DNA of 35,985 bases from Deltaproteobacteria bacterium RBG_13_52_11 (GCA_001797745.1 MGQF01000050.1:77226-113210), one strand, 5' to 3'; numbered from the stretch's first letter, positions 23,234 through 32,044 are shown. The notes: generated by a model from the letters alone, not told the origin. Numbers and translations are program-made.

Positions 23234-24373
23234 ATGTTCGAAGCGATTGTAGGCGGATTGAACGGACTTGTTAGTGGATTTGCCCATCTCCATTGGTCTA
23301 ATCCAATCATGATTGTGGTTGGCCTTGTTCTCCTCTATCTGGGGATCAAAAAGAACTTCGAACCCTTACTCCTCGTCCCCATTGGGTTTGGGTGTATCTT
23401 GGTGAATATCCCCTTAGCAGGGCTGATGGAGAAAGGGGGATTTCTCAAGGTCATCTACGATGCAGGGATTATGACGGAGCTGTTCCCGCTCCTCATCTTT
23501 GTGGGTATCGGTGCCATGACCGACTTTGGTCCCCTTCTGGAGAATCCGAAGATATTTCTTCTCGGGGCTGCAGGACAATTTGGGATTTTTCTCACCTTGG
23601 TCTTAGCACTGGCCTTAGGTTTTACTCAATTAGAAGCTGTCTCCATTGGAATCATCGGTGCCTGTGACGGGCCGACGGCGATCTATGTCACCTCTCAATA
23701 TGCGCCACATCTCTTGGGTGCGGTCTCGGTGGCTGCGTATTCGTATATGTCGCTGGTACCTGTCTTCCAGCCTCCTATCATGAAGCTCTTAACTACTAAG
23801 GAAGAGAGGATGATCAATATGGGGGAGGTGAGAAAATCGGTTTCCAAGACGACCAAGATTGCATTTCCTCTGGTTGTTACCGTCATTGGCGGCCTCATCG
23901 CACCTAAGGGGTTACCGTTGTTGGGGACGATCATGCTGGGTAATCTGATGAAGGAGTGCGGGGCCGTGAGCCGGTTGACCAAGGCCTCTGAAAATGAGAT
24001 CGCCAACATCGTCACCCTTCTTTTGGGAATCGCTATCGGAGCCACCATGGATGGCAGGGTCTTTTTAACACACCAGACCCTTATTATCTTGGCGCTTGGT
24101 TTCCTGGCCATTTGTCTTGACACGGCATGTGGTGTGTTATTCGGAAAAGCAATGAAGGTTATGTCAGGCGGGAAGATTAATCCTCTTATTGGAGCCGCCG
24201 GCATCTCAGCCTATCCCATGTCGGCGAGAGTGGTCCAGAAAGAAGGGCAGAAGTATAATCCCAAGAATTTCCTCCTCATGCATGCCATGGGAGCCAACAC
24301 TGGTGGCCAGGTCGGCTCTGTGATGGCCGCTGCGGTTATGCTTTCGGTGCTCAAGGGTATGGGGATTATTTAA
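23234..24373 (+). CDS. Na+-translocating decarboxylase beta subunit (OadB/GcdB/MmdB family)
   Basis: 379 aa. The N-terminal pattern NPIMIVVGLVLLYLGIKKNFEPLLLVPIGFGCILVNIP is diagnostic of the OAD_beta family. Confidence 0.9.
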   Translation: MFEAIVGGLNGLVSGFAHLHWSNPIMIVVGLVLLYLGIKKNFEPLLLVPIGFGCILVNIPLAGLMEKGGFLKVIYDAGIMTELFPLLIFVGIGAMTDFGPLLENPKIFLLGAAGQFGIFLTLVLALALGFTQLEAVSIGIIGACDGPTAIYVTSQYAPHLLGAVSVAAYSYMSLVPVFQPPIMKLLTTKEERMINMGEVRKSVSKTTKIAFPLVVTVIGGLIAPKGLPLLGTIMLGNLMKECGAVSRLTKASENEIANIVTLLLGIAIGATMDGRVFLTHQTLIILALGFLAICLDTACGVLFGKAMKVMSGGKINPLIGAAGISAYPMSARVVQKEGQKYNPKNFLLMHAMGANTGGQVGSVMAAAVMLSVLKGMGII

Positions 24374-24430
24374 ATTATCGTCATCACTTCAGAGCCACGA
24401 GCTCCCTATCAGGGGAGCTAAACATTTTTA

Positions 24431-24472
24431 ACGGCCCATTAAGTAGTATAAGGGGCCGTTTTTGTTTCTTTC
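24431..24472 (+). terminator. Rho-independent terminator after the decarboxylase beta gene
   Basis: ACGGCCC-(15-nt loop)-GGGCCGT followed by TTTTTGTTTCTTT. Confidence 0.55.
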
Positions 24473-24690
24473 GTTAGACAACCTTGCCTGACAAAAACAA
24501 CTCTCGATGTCTCTTGCCCCAGCATTAAAACCCTCAAACCAGAGGGTCATACACAACCTCCCAGTAGGTTACCCTGCGTGGTAGGCTTGACTCTTGCAAT
24601 CGGGATCACTATCATTCTTTATGGCTTATTGTGGGGTTTTACTATCTACCGTTCCTGATGTTACGTTGAGATACATATGAAAGATAAAAA

Positions 24691-25470
24691 ATGGCCTTTG
24701 CGTTAGGTATGGATATCGGTTCATATTTCTCAAAAGGGATCATCCTCGGTGATCGCAAGCCCGTGGCGTCCTCTGTGAGCCCCTCAGGAGGAGATTACCG
24801 GGCAACTGCTGAGAGGATACGCGAAGCGCTCCTTTCCGAGGCAGGAATCAACCAAAAGGATATCGTCTATACGATTGCCACAGGATACGGATCAAAACAG
24901 GTGCCCTTTGCAGACGCACTCAAGACGGACATCGTCTGCATTGCCAAGGGAATAGCCTCGTTAGACCCCTCCGTACGAACGGCCATCGACGTGGGAGATC
25001 TCTACACCAAGGTTGTTCTCACGGATGACAACGGAAGCGTGCACAACTTCTTACTGAGCGGAAAGTGCGCAGGTGGCAGCGGCAGGATCTTGCAAGTGAT
25101 TGCCAAGGTGTTGCAGGTTAAGGTTGAAGAGATCGGTGCTCTGTCCCTCAAGTCCCGAAAGAAGGTAGACTTTAACACCGGATGCGCCGTCTTTGCGGAA
25201 TCTGAGGCCATTTCCCGAATCGCTGAGGGGACCACCAAGGAGGATTTGTTGGCGGGCCTTCACCGAGCCCTTGCAGCCCAGATCAATAGCTTGGCAGAGA
25301 GGTTAGGTGTTGAAAAGGAGCTGGCCCTGGTGGGCGGCGGGGCGAGAGATGCAGGTCTTGTCCAGGCGATGAAGGACATCAGAGGCCACGATATCATCGT
25401 GCCGCCGGAACCCCATTTCACGGCCGCCCTGGGTGCAGCAATCATTGCCATGGAAAACTCAAGACCTTGA
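24691..25470 (+). CDS. BcrAD/BadFG/HgdC-family ASKHA ATPase (activase / reductase ATP-binding subunit), divergent copy
   Basis: 259 aa. The two cluster-ligand Cys contexts are present (SGKCAGGSG and NTGCAVFAESE). The phosphate motifs are atypical: GMDIGSYFSK and DVGDLYTK replace GIDxGST.TK and DIGGQD.K. Confidence 0.85.
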   Translation: MAFALGMDIGSYFSKGIILGDRKPVASSVSPSGGDYRATAERIREALLSEAGINQKDIVYTIATGYGSKQVPFADALKTDIVCIAKGIASLDPSVRTAIDVGDLYTKVVLTDDNGSVHNFLLSGKCAGGSGRILQVIAKVLQVKVEEIGALSLKSRKKVDFNTGCAVFAESEAISRIAEGTTKEDLLAGLHRALAAQINSLAERLGVEKELALVGGGARDAGLVQAMKDIRGHDIIVPPEPHFTAALGAAIIAMENSRP

Positions 25471-25848
25471 ACCGCTCAACGTCCATGTCAGTTGCTGTGC
25501 CGCTTTGGAGGACATAAAAACGCCTTCCATAACCTCATTATCTTTTTTCGGTGAATAGGTAAAATGCGTGCCCCACGCCGCTCCATCAGCCTCACGTGCT
25601 AAAAGACGCTATTTGTTTTGTGGAAAGATCTTGCAAATACTCATTGCACTAGAAATCTTTCTGACCTGATGTAGTTGCATCGTCGGCAGATGTTCTTATT
25701 GATCTTTGAGACCAAATAATGTATTTTGCTCGCAAAGGGCTGTTGCAGTCATAGGGGGGGACCTCGGCATTCCGCTCTCTAAAAGGCGTGTGGATTTCCG
25801 TAAGGCATGTTCAGCCAACGGTTAGATTTTGAAAAAGGAGAAGGGCTG

Positions 25849-27009
25849 ATGAATGGTACAGCGGGTAACGTTTTGTCCACGGTAGAAAGGCATTACAAAG
25901 ACTACGGGCTCAGGGCAAAGGAACTGGGCAATGAAGGGAAAAAGGTGATCGGCTATATTTGTTCCTTTGTCCCCCTCGAGATGATCACCGCAGCAGGATG
26001 TATCCCTTTTCGGATGAGGGGAGATATCCATGAGCCCATCACGAAGGGAGATACGCTCCTGGAGACCATTGTATGCCCTTTTATCCGCAGCTGTTTTGAT
26101 CTGTCGGTGAAAGGTACATATGACTTTCTCTCCGGTATGGTCATCCCTCACGCCTGTGACAGCATGGTCAGGAGCTACAGCGTCTGGAGCTATTCTCTCA
26201 AATTTCCTTACTTCCATTTCGTCAATATTCCCACTGTCTGCAACGAATCTTCCCTTGAATTCTTTAACGCAGAATTAGACACGTTCAGGAAAAGCCTGGA
26301 AGATTTAGTGGGAAAAAAGATTACAGACGATGATCTGGTTGAGGCCATTCGGTTGCACAATGAAAACAGAGATAAGGCACGAGCCCTCTACGAATTTAGA
26401 AAGGAAGATCCGCCACTCATCTCTGGGACAGAGGTGACAATGGTGCTCACTGTTGGATCAAGCTTACCCATCCTTGAATCCAACGCATTATTTGACGAAG
26501 TTTTGATAGAAATTGGTCAAAGAAAGAAATCCCCTCTTACGAAAGGTCCCCGGATACTCATAGACGGCGCCTGTGTGGATAACTTCGAATTGGTCAAGAT
26601 CGTTGAAGAGAGTGGAGGCAATGTGGTGATTGATACTCTTTGCAACGGTACCAGAGATTACTTCCCCCATACGGACGTTGGGGAGGATCCCGTAAAAGCA
26701 CTGGGTCGTCGGTATATGGAGAAGATCAATTGTCCCAAGACCTACCGGAAAAACAAAACAGACACCTTCGAAGGGGATAGTACGGACCGATTCGGTGATA
26801 TCGGAGCGTATGCCAAGGAGTTCAAGGCCGACGGCGCGATCCTCTATGTGTACAAGTACTGCGATCCATTTGGGTTTGAGGTCCCCGCCAGGAAGGCATA
26901 CTACGAATCCATCAATGTCCCGGTCCTCCACCTGGAGGATGTATATTCGGCAGGGACCATCGGCCAACTCAAAACAAGGATCCAGGCATTTCTGGAGATG
27001 ATTGGGTAG
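25849..27009 (+). CDS. BcrC/BadD/HgdB-family subunit of a benzoyl-CoA reductase / 2-hydroxyacyl-CoA dehydratase-type enzyme
   Basis: 386 aa from the ATG at 25849, with RBS AAAGGAG. VIGYICSFVPLEMITAAGCIPFRMRG and a C-terminal ADGAILYVYKYCDPF ... VPVLHLEDVYS are typical of PF06050 proteins. Confidence 0.85.
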   Translation: MNGTAGNVLSTVERHYKDYGLRAKELGNEGKKVIGYICSFVPLEMITAAGCIPFRMRGDIHEPITKGDTLLETIVCPFIRSCFDLSVKGTYDFLSGMVIPHACDSMVRSYSVWSYSLKFPYFHFVNIPTVCNESSLEFFNAELDTFRKSLEDLVGKKITDDDLVEAIRLHNENRDKARALYEFRKEDPPLISGTEVTMVLTVGSSLPILESNALFDEVLIEIGQRKKSPLTKGPRILIDGACVDNFELVKIVEESGGNVVIDTLCNGTRDYFPHTDVGEDPVKALGRRYMEKINCPKTYRKNKTDTFEGDSTDRFGDIGAYAKEFKADGAILYVYKYCDPFGFEVPARKAYYESINVPVLHLEDVYSAGTIGQLKTRIQAFLEMIG

Positions 27010-27040
27010 TGCGGATTTTGAGACAAGGAGGATTGAGGTA

Positions 27041-28444
27041 ATGGCTGAGGAACACAAAGACAAAAAGCACGAAAAGAGGAGGACGGCAACCCAGGCGGCT
27101 GCCTTCATCACCCCAATGGTCAAGGAATTTTTTAAGGATACCCTCCGGACACGGGCAGAGGGAAAACAGAAATTGGCCTATACCTTTATCTGCTGCCACC
27201 ACGAGGAGATCCTCCGGGCCATGGATATACTGCCCCTATGGACCGAGAATTTTGCCGGTATCTGCGGGGCAAAGAGAGACGCCGAGCGATTCCTCCAGAG
27301 GGCCGAATCCTTGGGCCTCTCACGTTCCCTCTGTACCTATGCCCTGTGCGGGATCGGCTTTGACCAGTGGCGAGAAGAACTGGGCGAGATGCCTCCGGAT
27401 GCCCCATGGGGTGGACAGGCGAGACCCGATTTTATGATATCCAGCGGGCAGATCCTCTGTGATCCGAGGTCCAAGTGGTACCAGGCCTCTCAGCAGTTTA
27501 TGCCGGATGTCCCGATCTACAACATAGACCTTCCCTATCCGCTCTACGATCAGAAAAGAGATCACCGAAAGGTGTGGGGCTACTATCACAAATATATCGT
27601 CGCACAGTTGCGCGGTCTCGTGGCGTTCTGTGAGGAGCAGACCAGTAAGAAGATGGATTATGATCGCTTAAGCGAGCTCGTTGACCTGACCGATCGAACC
27701 TGGAACCTGATCCATGAAACCTATGAGCTGCGACGGGCGGTGCCGACTCCCATGGGGACCGGCGATGCGATGAATACCATGGTGCCAATAAACTTTTGGA
27801 TGGCCACCCAGAAGGCCTATGATTTCTTTATCGAACTTAAGAAGGAATTAGAGGAAAAGATCGCCAAGGGAGAAGGTGAGGTCGAAGACGAACGGTATCG
27901 GCTTATGTGGGGAGGCGGATTGCCCTCCTGGTTTGCCCTGAACGATTTCAATTACTTCAACGGCAAGGGCGCCTCTTTTCCTGTTGAGACAACCTATCGC
28001 TCGGTCGTGCCCCTCTATGAGATGGATATCCCGAAAACCAAAGACCCCATCGAGCATATTGCGTGGCGCTGGCTCTGGTACTGGACCTTCTGGTATGAAA
28101 AGGCCAGGAAACGACCGGAATCCGAGCCCGATGTGGAGCGCTTAATTACCTGGATCGAAGACTACAAGATCGATGGCATCGTTATGCATGAGGCATTTTC
28201 ATGCCGGACCTGGCACGTGGGCCTCATCTGGCAACTGCATCAATTGGGTAAGATTTACAAACCCATCCCTGTCTTAACGCTCGGAAAGGATGGAAAAAAG
28301 GAAAAGACGTACCGGGGGCTTCCTTCCCTGATTCTGGAAAGTGATATCATAGACATCACCTCGTATTCAGAGGTGGACACCAGAAACAAGATCGATGCCT
28401 TCATCGAAACCCTGGAGTCCATCCGGCAGAGCAAGGCAGCGTAG
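27041..28444 (+). CDS. BcrB/BadE/HgdA-family subunit of the same enzyme
   Basis: 467 aa from the ATG at 27041, with RBS AAGGAGG. Family motifs: LAYTFICCHHEEILRAMDILPLW, IDGIVMHEAFSCRTW and PSLILESDIIDITSYSEVDTRNKIDAFIETL. Confidence 0.85.
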   Translation: MAEEHKDKKHEKRRTATQAAAFITPMVKEFFKDTLRTRAEGKQKLAYTFICCHHEEILRAMDILPLWTENFAGICGAKRDAERFLQRAESLGLSRSLCTYALCGIGFDQWREELGEMPPDAPWGGQARPDFMISSGQILCDPRSKWYQASQQFMPDVPIYNIDLPYPLYDQKRDHRKVWGYYHKYIVAQLRGLVAFCEEQTSKKMDYDRLSELVDLTDRTWNLIHETYELRRAVPTPMGTGDAMNTMVPINFWMATQKAYDFFIELKKELEEKIAKGEGEVEDERYRLMWGGGLPSWFALNDFNYFNGKGASFPVETTYRSVVPLYEMDIPKTKDPIEHIAWRWLWYWTFWYEKARKRPESEPDVERLITWIEDYKIDGIVMHEAFSCRTWHVGLIWQLHQLGKIYKPIPVLTLGKDGKKEKTYRGLPSLILESDIIDITSYSEVDTRNKIDAFIETLESIRQSKAA

Positions 28445-28456
28445 TTCCGGGGTCTA

Positions 28457-29299
28457 ATGACAGCATATTTTGCAGGCATTGATGTCGGTTCTACCATGAC
28501 CAAAGCGGTGATCCTGGGCAACGGGATCATCGCCTCAGTTATTGGCCCTACTGGACCGGAGCAGCGCAGGCTCGCCAACAAGGTCATGGAAGAGGCCTTG
28601 AACAAGGCCGGTATCCCCTTTGGGTCCATCACCTACATCGTCTCCACCGGCTACGGAAGAATTAACGTCCCTTTTGCCGACAAGCAGGTCACGGAAATAA
28701 CGTGCCATGCCAAGGGTATCTCCAGTCTCTTCCCGGAGGCCAAGACTATCATTGACATCGGGGGACAGGATTGCAAGGCAATCAAGATTAATGCCGGCGG
28801 CAGACCGAATGATTTTATCATGAACGACAAGTGTGCTGCTGGCAGCGGCAGATTTATCGAGGTGATTGCCGATACCCTGGGTATAAGGCTGGACGAGGTT
28901 GGAGGGCTTTCTTTACAAGCTAAGAATCCCGCAAAGATAAGCAACATCTGCACCATATGGGCCCAGCAGGAGGTGGCGACCAGGTTATCAGAAGGCGTGC
29001 CTATTCCCGACCTGCTTGCTGGGGTCCATCAATCCCTGGCGGATAGGATATCCAGGATGGTCAATCGACTCCGGGTAGAAGAGGCAATTGTCCTGACCGG
29101 CGGTGGCGGCAAGAACAAGGGCTTGGTTAAGGCCCTTTCCGAGCAATTGGGCCATGAAATTCTGGTGCCAGAGGAACCATTGATCACCGGAGCCCTCGGC
29201 GCTGCCTTGGTGGGAAGAGAGATTGCGGAAAATGCTCGCAAGGAGAATATGCTATTAGAGACAAAAGAACGCATTTTGGAGGAAATACAGATTTTGTAG
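28457..29299 (+). CDS. BcrAD/BadFG/HgdC-family ASKHA ATPase, canonical copy
   Basis: 280 aa with GIDVGSTMTKAV, DIGGQDCKAI, NDKCAAGSGRF, a second Cys in SNICTIWAQQE, and LTGGGGKNKG. Confidence 0.88.
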   Translation: MTAYFAGIDVGSTMTKAVILGNGIIASVIGPTGPEQRRLANKVMEEALNKAGIPFGSITYIVSTGYGRINVPFADKQVTEITCHAKGISSLFPEAKTIIDIGGQDCKAIKINAGGRPNDFIMNDKCAAGSGRFIEVIADTLGIRLDEVGGLSLQAKNPAKISNICTIWAQQEVATRLSEGVPIPDLLAGVHQSLADRISRMVNRLRVEEAIVLTGGGGKNKGLVKALSEQLGHEILVPEEPLITGALGAALVGREIAENARKENMLLETKERILEEIQIL

Positions 29300-29372
29300 C
29301 AACTTTGGCATAACGTGCCCTTCATCCTAAGATTTTGAATCCCGGCAATGCTTGCTCCGAGTTATGGCCTCC

Positions 29373-29588
29373 TTACTTTCCCTCTTTCTTGCTGTGGCTG
29401 CCGCTCGTCATCTGAGCGACAATGAAACCGAGAATAAAGCCTATGAACATCGCCAAAGGCAGCAAGATAATCTGCGACATGCCTATTTCCCAGAATAACA
29501 ATCGCAGGGTGACAACCTGGGCGTTTTGGACAAGTATTATAAGAAAGAGGCCGATTAAGACCAATACGACAATGGTTTTCGGTTTCAT
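29373..29588 (-). CDS. LapA-domain (DUF1049-like) small inner-membrane protein
   Basis: 71 aa with two TM helices. The pattern (ILVQNAQVVTLRLLFWEIGMSQIILL) resembles lipopolysaccharide assembly protein A domain proteins. Confidence 0.5.
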   Translation of the reverse strand: MKPKTIVVLVLIGLFLIILVQNAQVVTLRLLFWEIGMSQIILLPLAMFIGFILGFIVAQMTSGSHSKKEGK

Positions 29589-29852
29589 CGTAATCCTCCC
29601 CCTTCACTGTATCATTGCGAACTTTGAACAAGGGCTTGCATTATTTATATCATCTTCGAGATAAAAACTCCATTTAAATCATCTCGGTTTGTCTGTCACA
29701 AAGTCAGTGCTGATTTCTGTTTACAAAAGACCTTAAGGAGACTAGACTTGATAACAAAGGACTTCTAAACTGTAGCTGATCTTCCAAAGGATGATTGAGA
29801 GGACCAGCAACGCACCGACAGAACAGCAGTCGTATTACGTCGGCGAAAGGGA

Positions 29853-30587
29853 ATGAACATGGATAAAAAGAATGCAGATCTTCTTATCCTTTTATGTTTA
29901 TGTATATTCGTTGTAGCATTGTTTCTTCCCCTCAAACTGCGCGCGGAGATTTATAAGTATGTCGACAAGAACGGTACGATTCATTTTGTCGATGATTTGG
30001 GCAAGGTGCCAGCAGAATACAGGAATCAAGTGACCGTGCGTGAGGAGAAGCCCAAAGCACCTCCTCAGGAAGAAGTACCGGCAGCTGTTACTGAGAAGAA
30101 AGGTGAAACGCCGGAGGAAGCGCGGACACGGCAGATGCTCGAGAGCTTAGAGGAGAAGAAGAAGCAGGAGGAGGAAAAGGCCCGAGAAGAATTCGATCAA
30201 AGCCTGGTGACGAAGGTGACGATAAGGGGGAATCACGTGTTGGTCCCTGTCACCCTTGGTTATGGAGGTAAGGAGGTTCAAGCCTCACTCGTTCTGGATA
30301 CCGGTGCTGATCTCATAACACTCCATCGGCCGATCGCGGATCAATTAAATGTTCCGCTAACTAACAGGGCTAATGTGCGGGTGGTAGGAGGAAAGGTGAT
30401 TAATGCCGGTGTGGCGACACTGGATTATGTGAGAGTCGGACCATATGAAGCGAAGGCGATACAAGCCTTGGTCATATTCCCACAGGGGCCTGCTACCAGC
30501 CATGATGGGTTATTGGGGATGAATTTTTTACGCGGTCTTGAATACAGTATAGATTTCGAAAATCAAGTGATCAGGTGGAAACCGTAA
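29853..30587 (+). CDS. DUF4124 domain + retropepsin-like (clan AA) aspartic protease domain protein
   Basis: A signal/TM segment is followed by IYKYVDKNGTIHFVDD (DUF4124-like) and an E/K-rich linker. The C-terminal domain has LVLDTGADLITL and GLLGMNFL, typical of bacterial retropepsin-like proteases. Confidence 0.65.
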   Translation: MNMDKKNADLLILLCLCIFVVALFLPLKLRAEIYKYVDKNGTIHFVDDLGKVPAEYRNQVTVREEKPKAPPQEEVPAAVTEKKGETPEEARTRQMLESLEEKKKQEEEKAREEFDQSLVTKVTIRGNHVLVPVTLGYGGKEVQASLVLDTGADLITLHRPIADQLNVPLTNRANVRVVGGKVINAGVATLDYVRVGPYEAKAIQALVIFPQGPATSHDGLLGMNFLRGLEYSIDFENQVIRWKP

Positions 30588-30620
30588 TAGGAACAAATCT
30601 CCCGCGCGATTAAAATCCTT

Positions 30621-31952
30621 TTAAGACCTCTCTTCAATCTCCCCCACCAGGTCATAGGGCCCCGCCTGAGTGATCTTCACCGTTACGGTCTCCCCGATCT
30701 TGGCCATCCCCTTCTTGATATGGACCACTCCATCGACCTCCGGGGCCTGAAAAGCAGTCCTCCCCTGCGGAACTCCCTTTGGTTGTACGCTTACCCCATC
30801 GATCAAAACCGGGATAATAGATCCTACCATTTCCTTATTCCTCTTCCACGAGATCCCCTGTTGTAACTCCATGATCTGGGCGGCCCTTTCCTCGGCAATC
30901 TCGGAGAAAATCTGGCCCTTCATCCGGGAGGCCTTGGTGCCCTCCTCAGGAGAATACCGGAACACTCCCAGATGAGTGAACTCTACCTCTCGGACAAAGT
31001 CCAAGAGCTTCCTGAATTCCCGTTCCCCCTCTCCGGGGAATCCCACCATAAGGGTAGTGCGCAGGTGGATCTCCGGGTAAGCTCTTTTTAAGCGATAGAC
31101 CAACCTCCTGATCCCTTTTTCTGAGACCCTTCTCCCCATGCGGCGCAAGAGGGTATCATCGACATGTTGAATGGGAATATCGAGATAGGGGCAGATTCGC
31201 TCCTCTCCGGCGACCATATCCAGGAGTTGAGGGGGAAAATTGGCCGGATGGGGGTAGGAATAGAGGACCCTGATCCACTTGAGTCCCTCGATCTTTGTCA
31301 GGGTCTTCAAGAGTCGATAGAGCCCTTTCTCCTCTCCTCTGTCAGTCCCATACGCCGTGGTATCCTGTGCTACCAGGGTAACTTCTACGACGCCCCTGGC
31401 GACCAAATTCTCCGTCTCACGGATGACTGAACCCAACTCCCTGCTTCTATACCTTCCCCGGAGCCGAGGGATGAGGCAAAAGGTGCAGGGGTGAGAGCAC
31501 CCTTCCGCGATTTTCACGTAGGCAGAATGGGGTGTGTTGGTGATGATTCGAGGGGTATGGTGGTCATAGAGATAACGGGGTTTCCCGATCAGTTTCCTGG
31601 GACCACCTTTCTTCAACCATTGCGGTATCTGAAGGAAATCACCCGTTCCTGTCCAGAGGTCGACCTCGGGTATCGATTGAACCAATTCCTCGCCATAGCG
31701 TTGGGGGAGGCATCCGGTGACGATCAGTGTATTGATCGCCCCTTGCCCCTTTGCCCGGGCTGCTTCCAAGATTGCCTCGATAGATTCCTGTACGGCCTCT
31801 TGGATAAAGGCACAGGTGTTGATAATAACCACGTCCGCTTCATCCAGCGTGGAGGTGAGTACGAGGCCGTCGTTTGCCAAGATGCCTAGAAGCACTTCAG
31901 AATCTACGTGGTTCTTGGGACAGCCCAAACTGACGAGAAAGACCTTTGTCAT
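30621..31952 (-). CDS. rimO: Ribosomal protein S12 methylthiotransferase
   Basis: 443 aa. It has the N-terminal MTTase motif SLGCPKN, the radical-SAM motif CSHPCTFCLIP and a C-terminal TRAM-like domain. Length and pattern fit RimO better than MiaB. Confidence 0.85.
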   Translation of the reverse strand: MTKVFLVSLGCPKNHVDSEVLLGILANDGLVLTSTLDEADVVIINTCAFIQEAVQESIEAILEAARAKGQGAINTLIVTGCLPQRYGEELVQSIPEVDLWTGTGDFLQIPQWLKKGGPRKLIGKPRYLYDHHTPRIITNTPHSAYVKIAEGCSHPCTFCLIPRLRGRYRSRELGSVIRETENLVARGVVEVTLVAQDTTAYGTDRGEEKGLYRLLKTLTKIEGLKWIRVLYSYPHPANFPPQLLDMVAGEERICPYLDIPIQHVDDTLLRRMGRRVSEKGIRRLVYRLKRAYPEIHLRTTLMVGFPGEGEREFRKLLDFVREVEFTHLGVFRYSPEEGTKASRMKGQIFSEIAEERAAQIMELQQGISWKRNKEMVGSIIPVLIDGVSVQPKGVPQGRTAFQAPEVDGVVHIKKGMAKIGETVTVKITQAGPYDLVGEIEERS

Positions 31953-31970
31953 TATTAAATGTGAGGCAAC

Positions 31971-31997
31971 AAAAAAAAGGGGGGTATGCCCCCCTTT
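31971..31997 (-). terminator. Rho-independent terminator downstream of the bamD-like gene
   Basis: The minus strand reads AAAGGGGGG-CATA-CCCCCC-TTTTTTTT. This G6/C6 stem with a U8 tract lies between the bamD-like stop (32045) and the rimO start (31952). Confidence 0.75.
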
Positions 31998-32044
31998 ACG
32001 AATTTACTTTCATCATTAATGATCTTCTCACAACCCCTTTCCCT

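Noticed and set aside
25621-25635. Sigma54-like TGGAAAGATCTTGCA upstream of the BcrC-like gene
   Set aside because: The GG-to-GC spacing is one nucleotide shorter than the strict -24/-12 geometry, and the -24 box is TGGAAA rather than TGGCAC. No enhancer-binding protein gene is nearby. The similar TGGCAC strings at 7491, 17877 and 20836 lack a TTGC at the right distance.
26488-27123. 211-aa minus-strand ORF across the junction of the two large BCR/HAD-like subunit genes
   Set aside because: It is antisense to two strongly supported coding regions and has no family resemblance. It is a shadow ORF.
24691-29299. Calling the four-gene module a bona fide benzoyl-CoA reductase (bcr/bzd) or a 2-hydroxyglutaryl-CoA dehydratase (hgdCAB)
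   Set aside because: Family membership is clear, but motif inspection cannot discriminate between the reductase and dehydratase branches. The expected pathway neighbours for either assignment are absent. It is therefore annotated at family level only.
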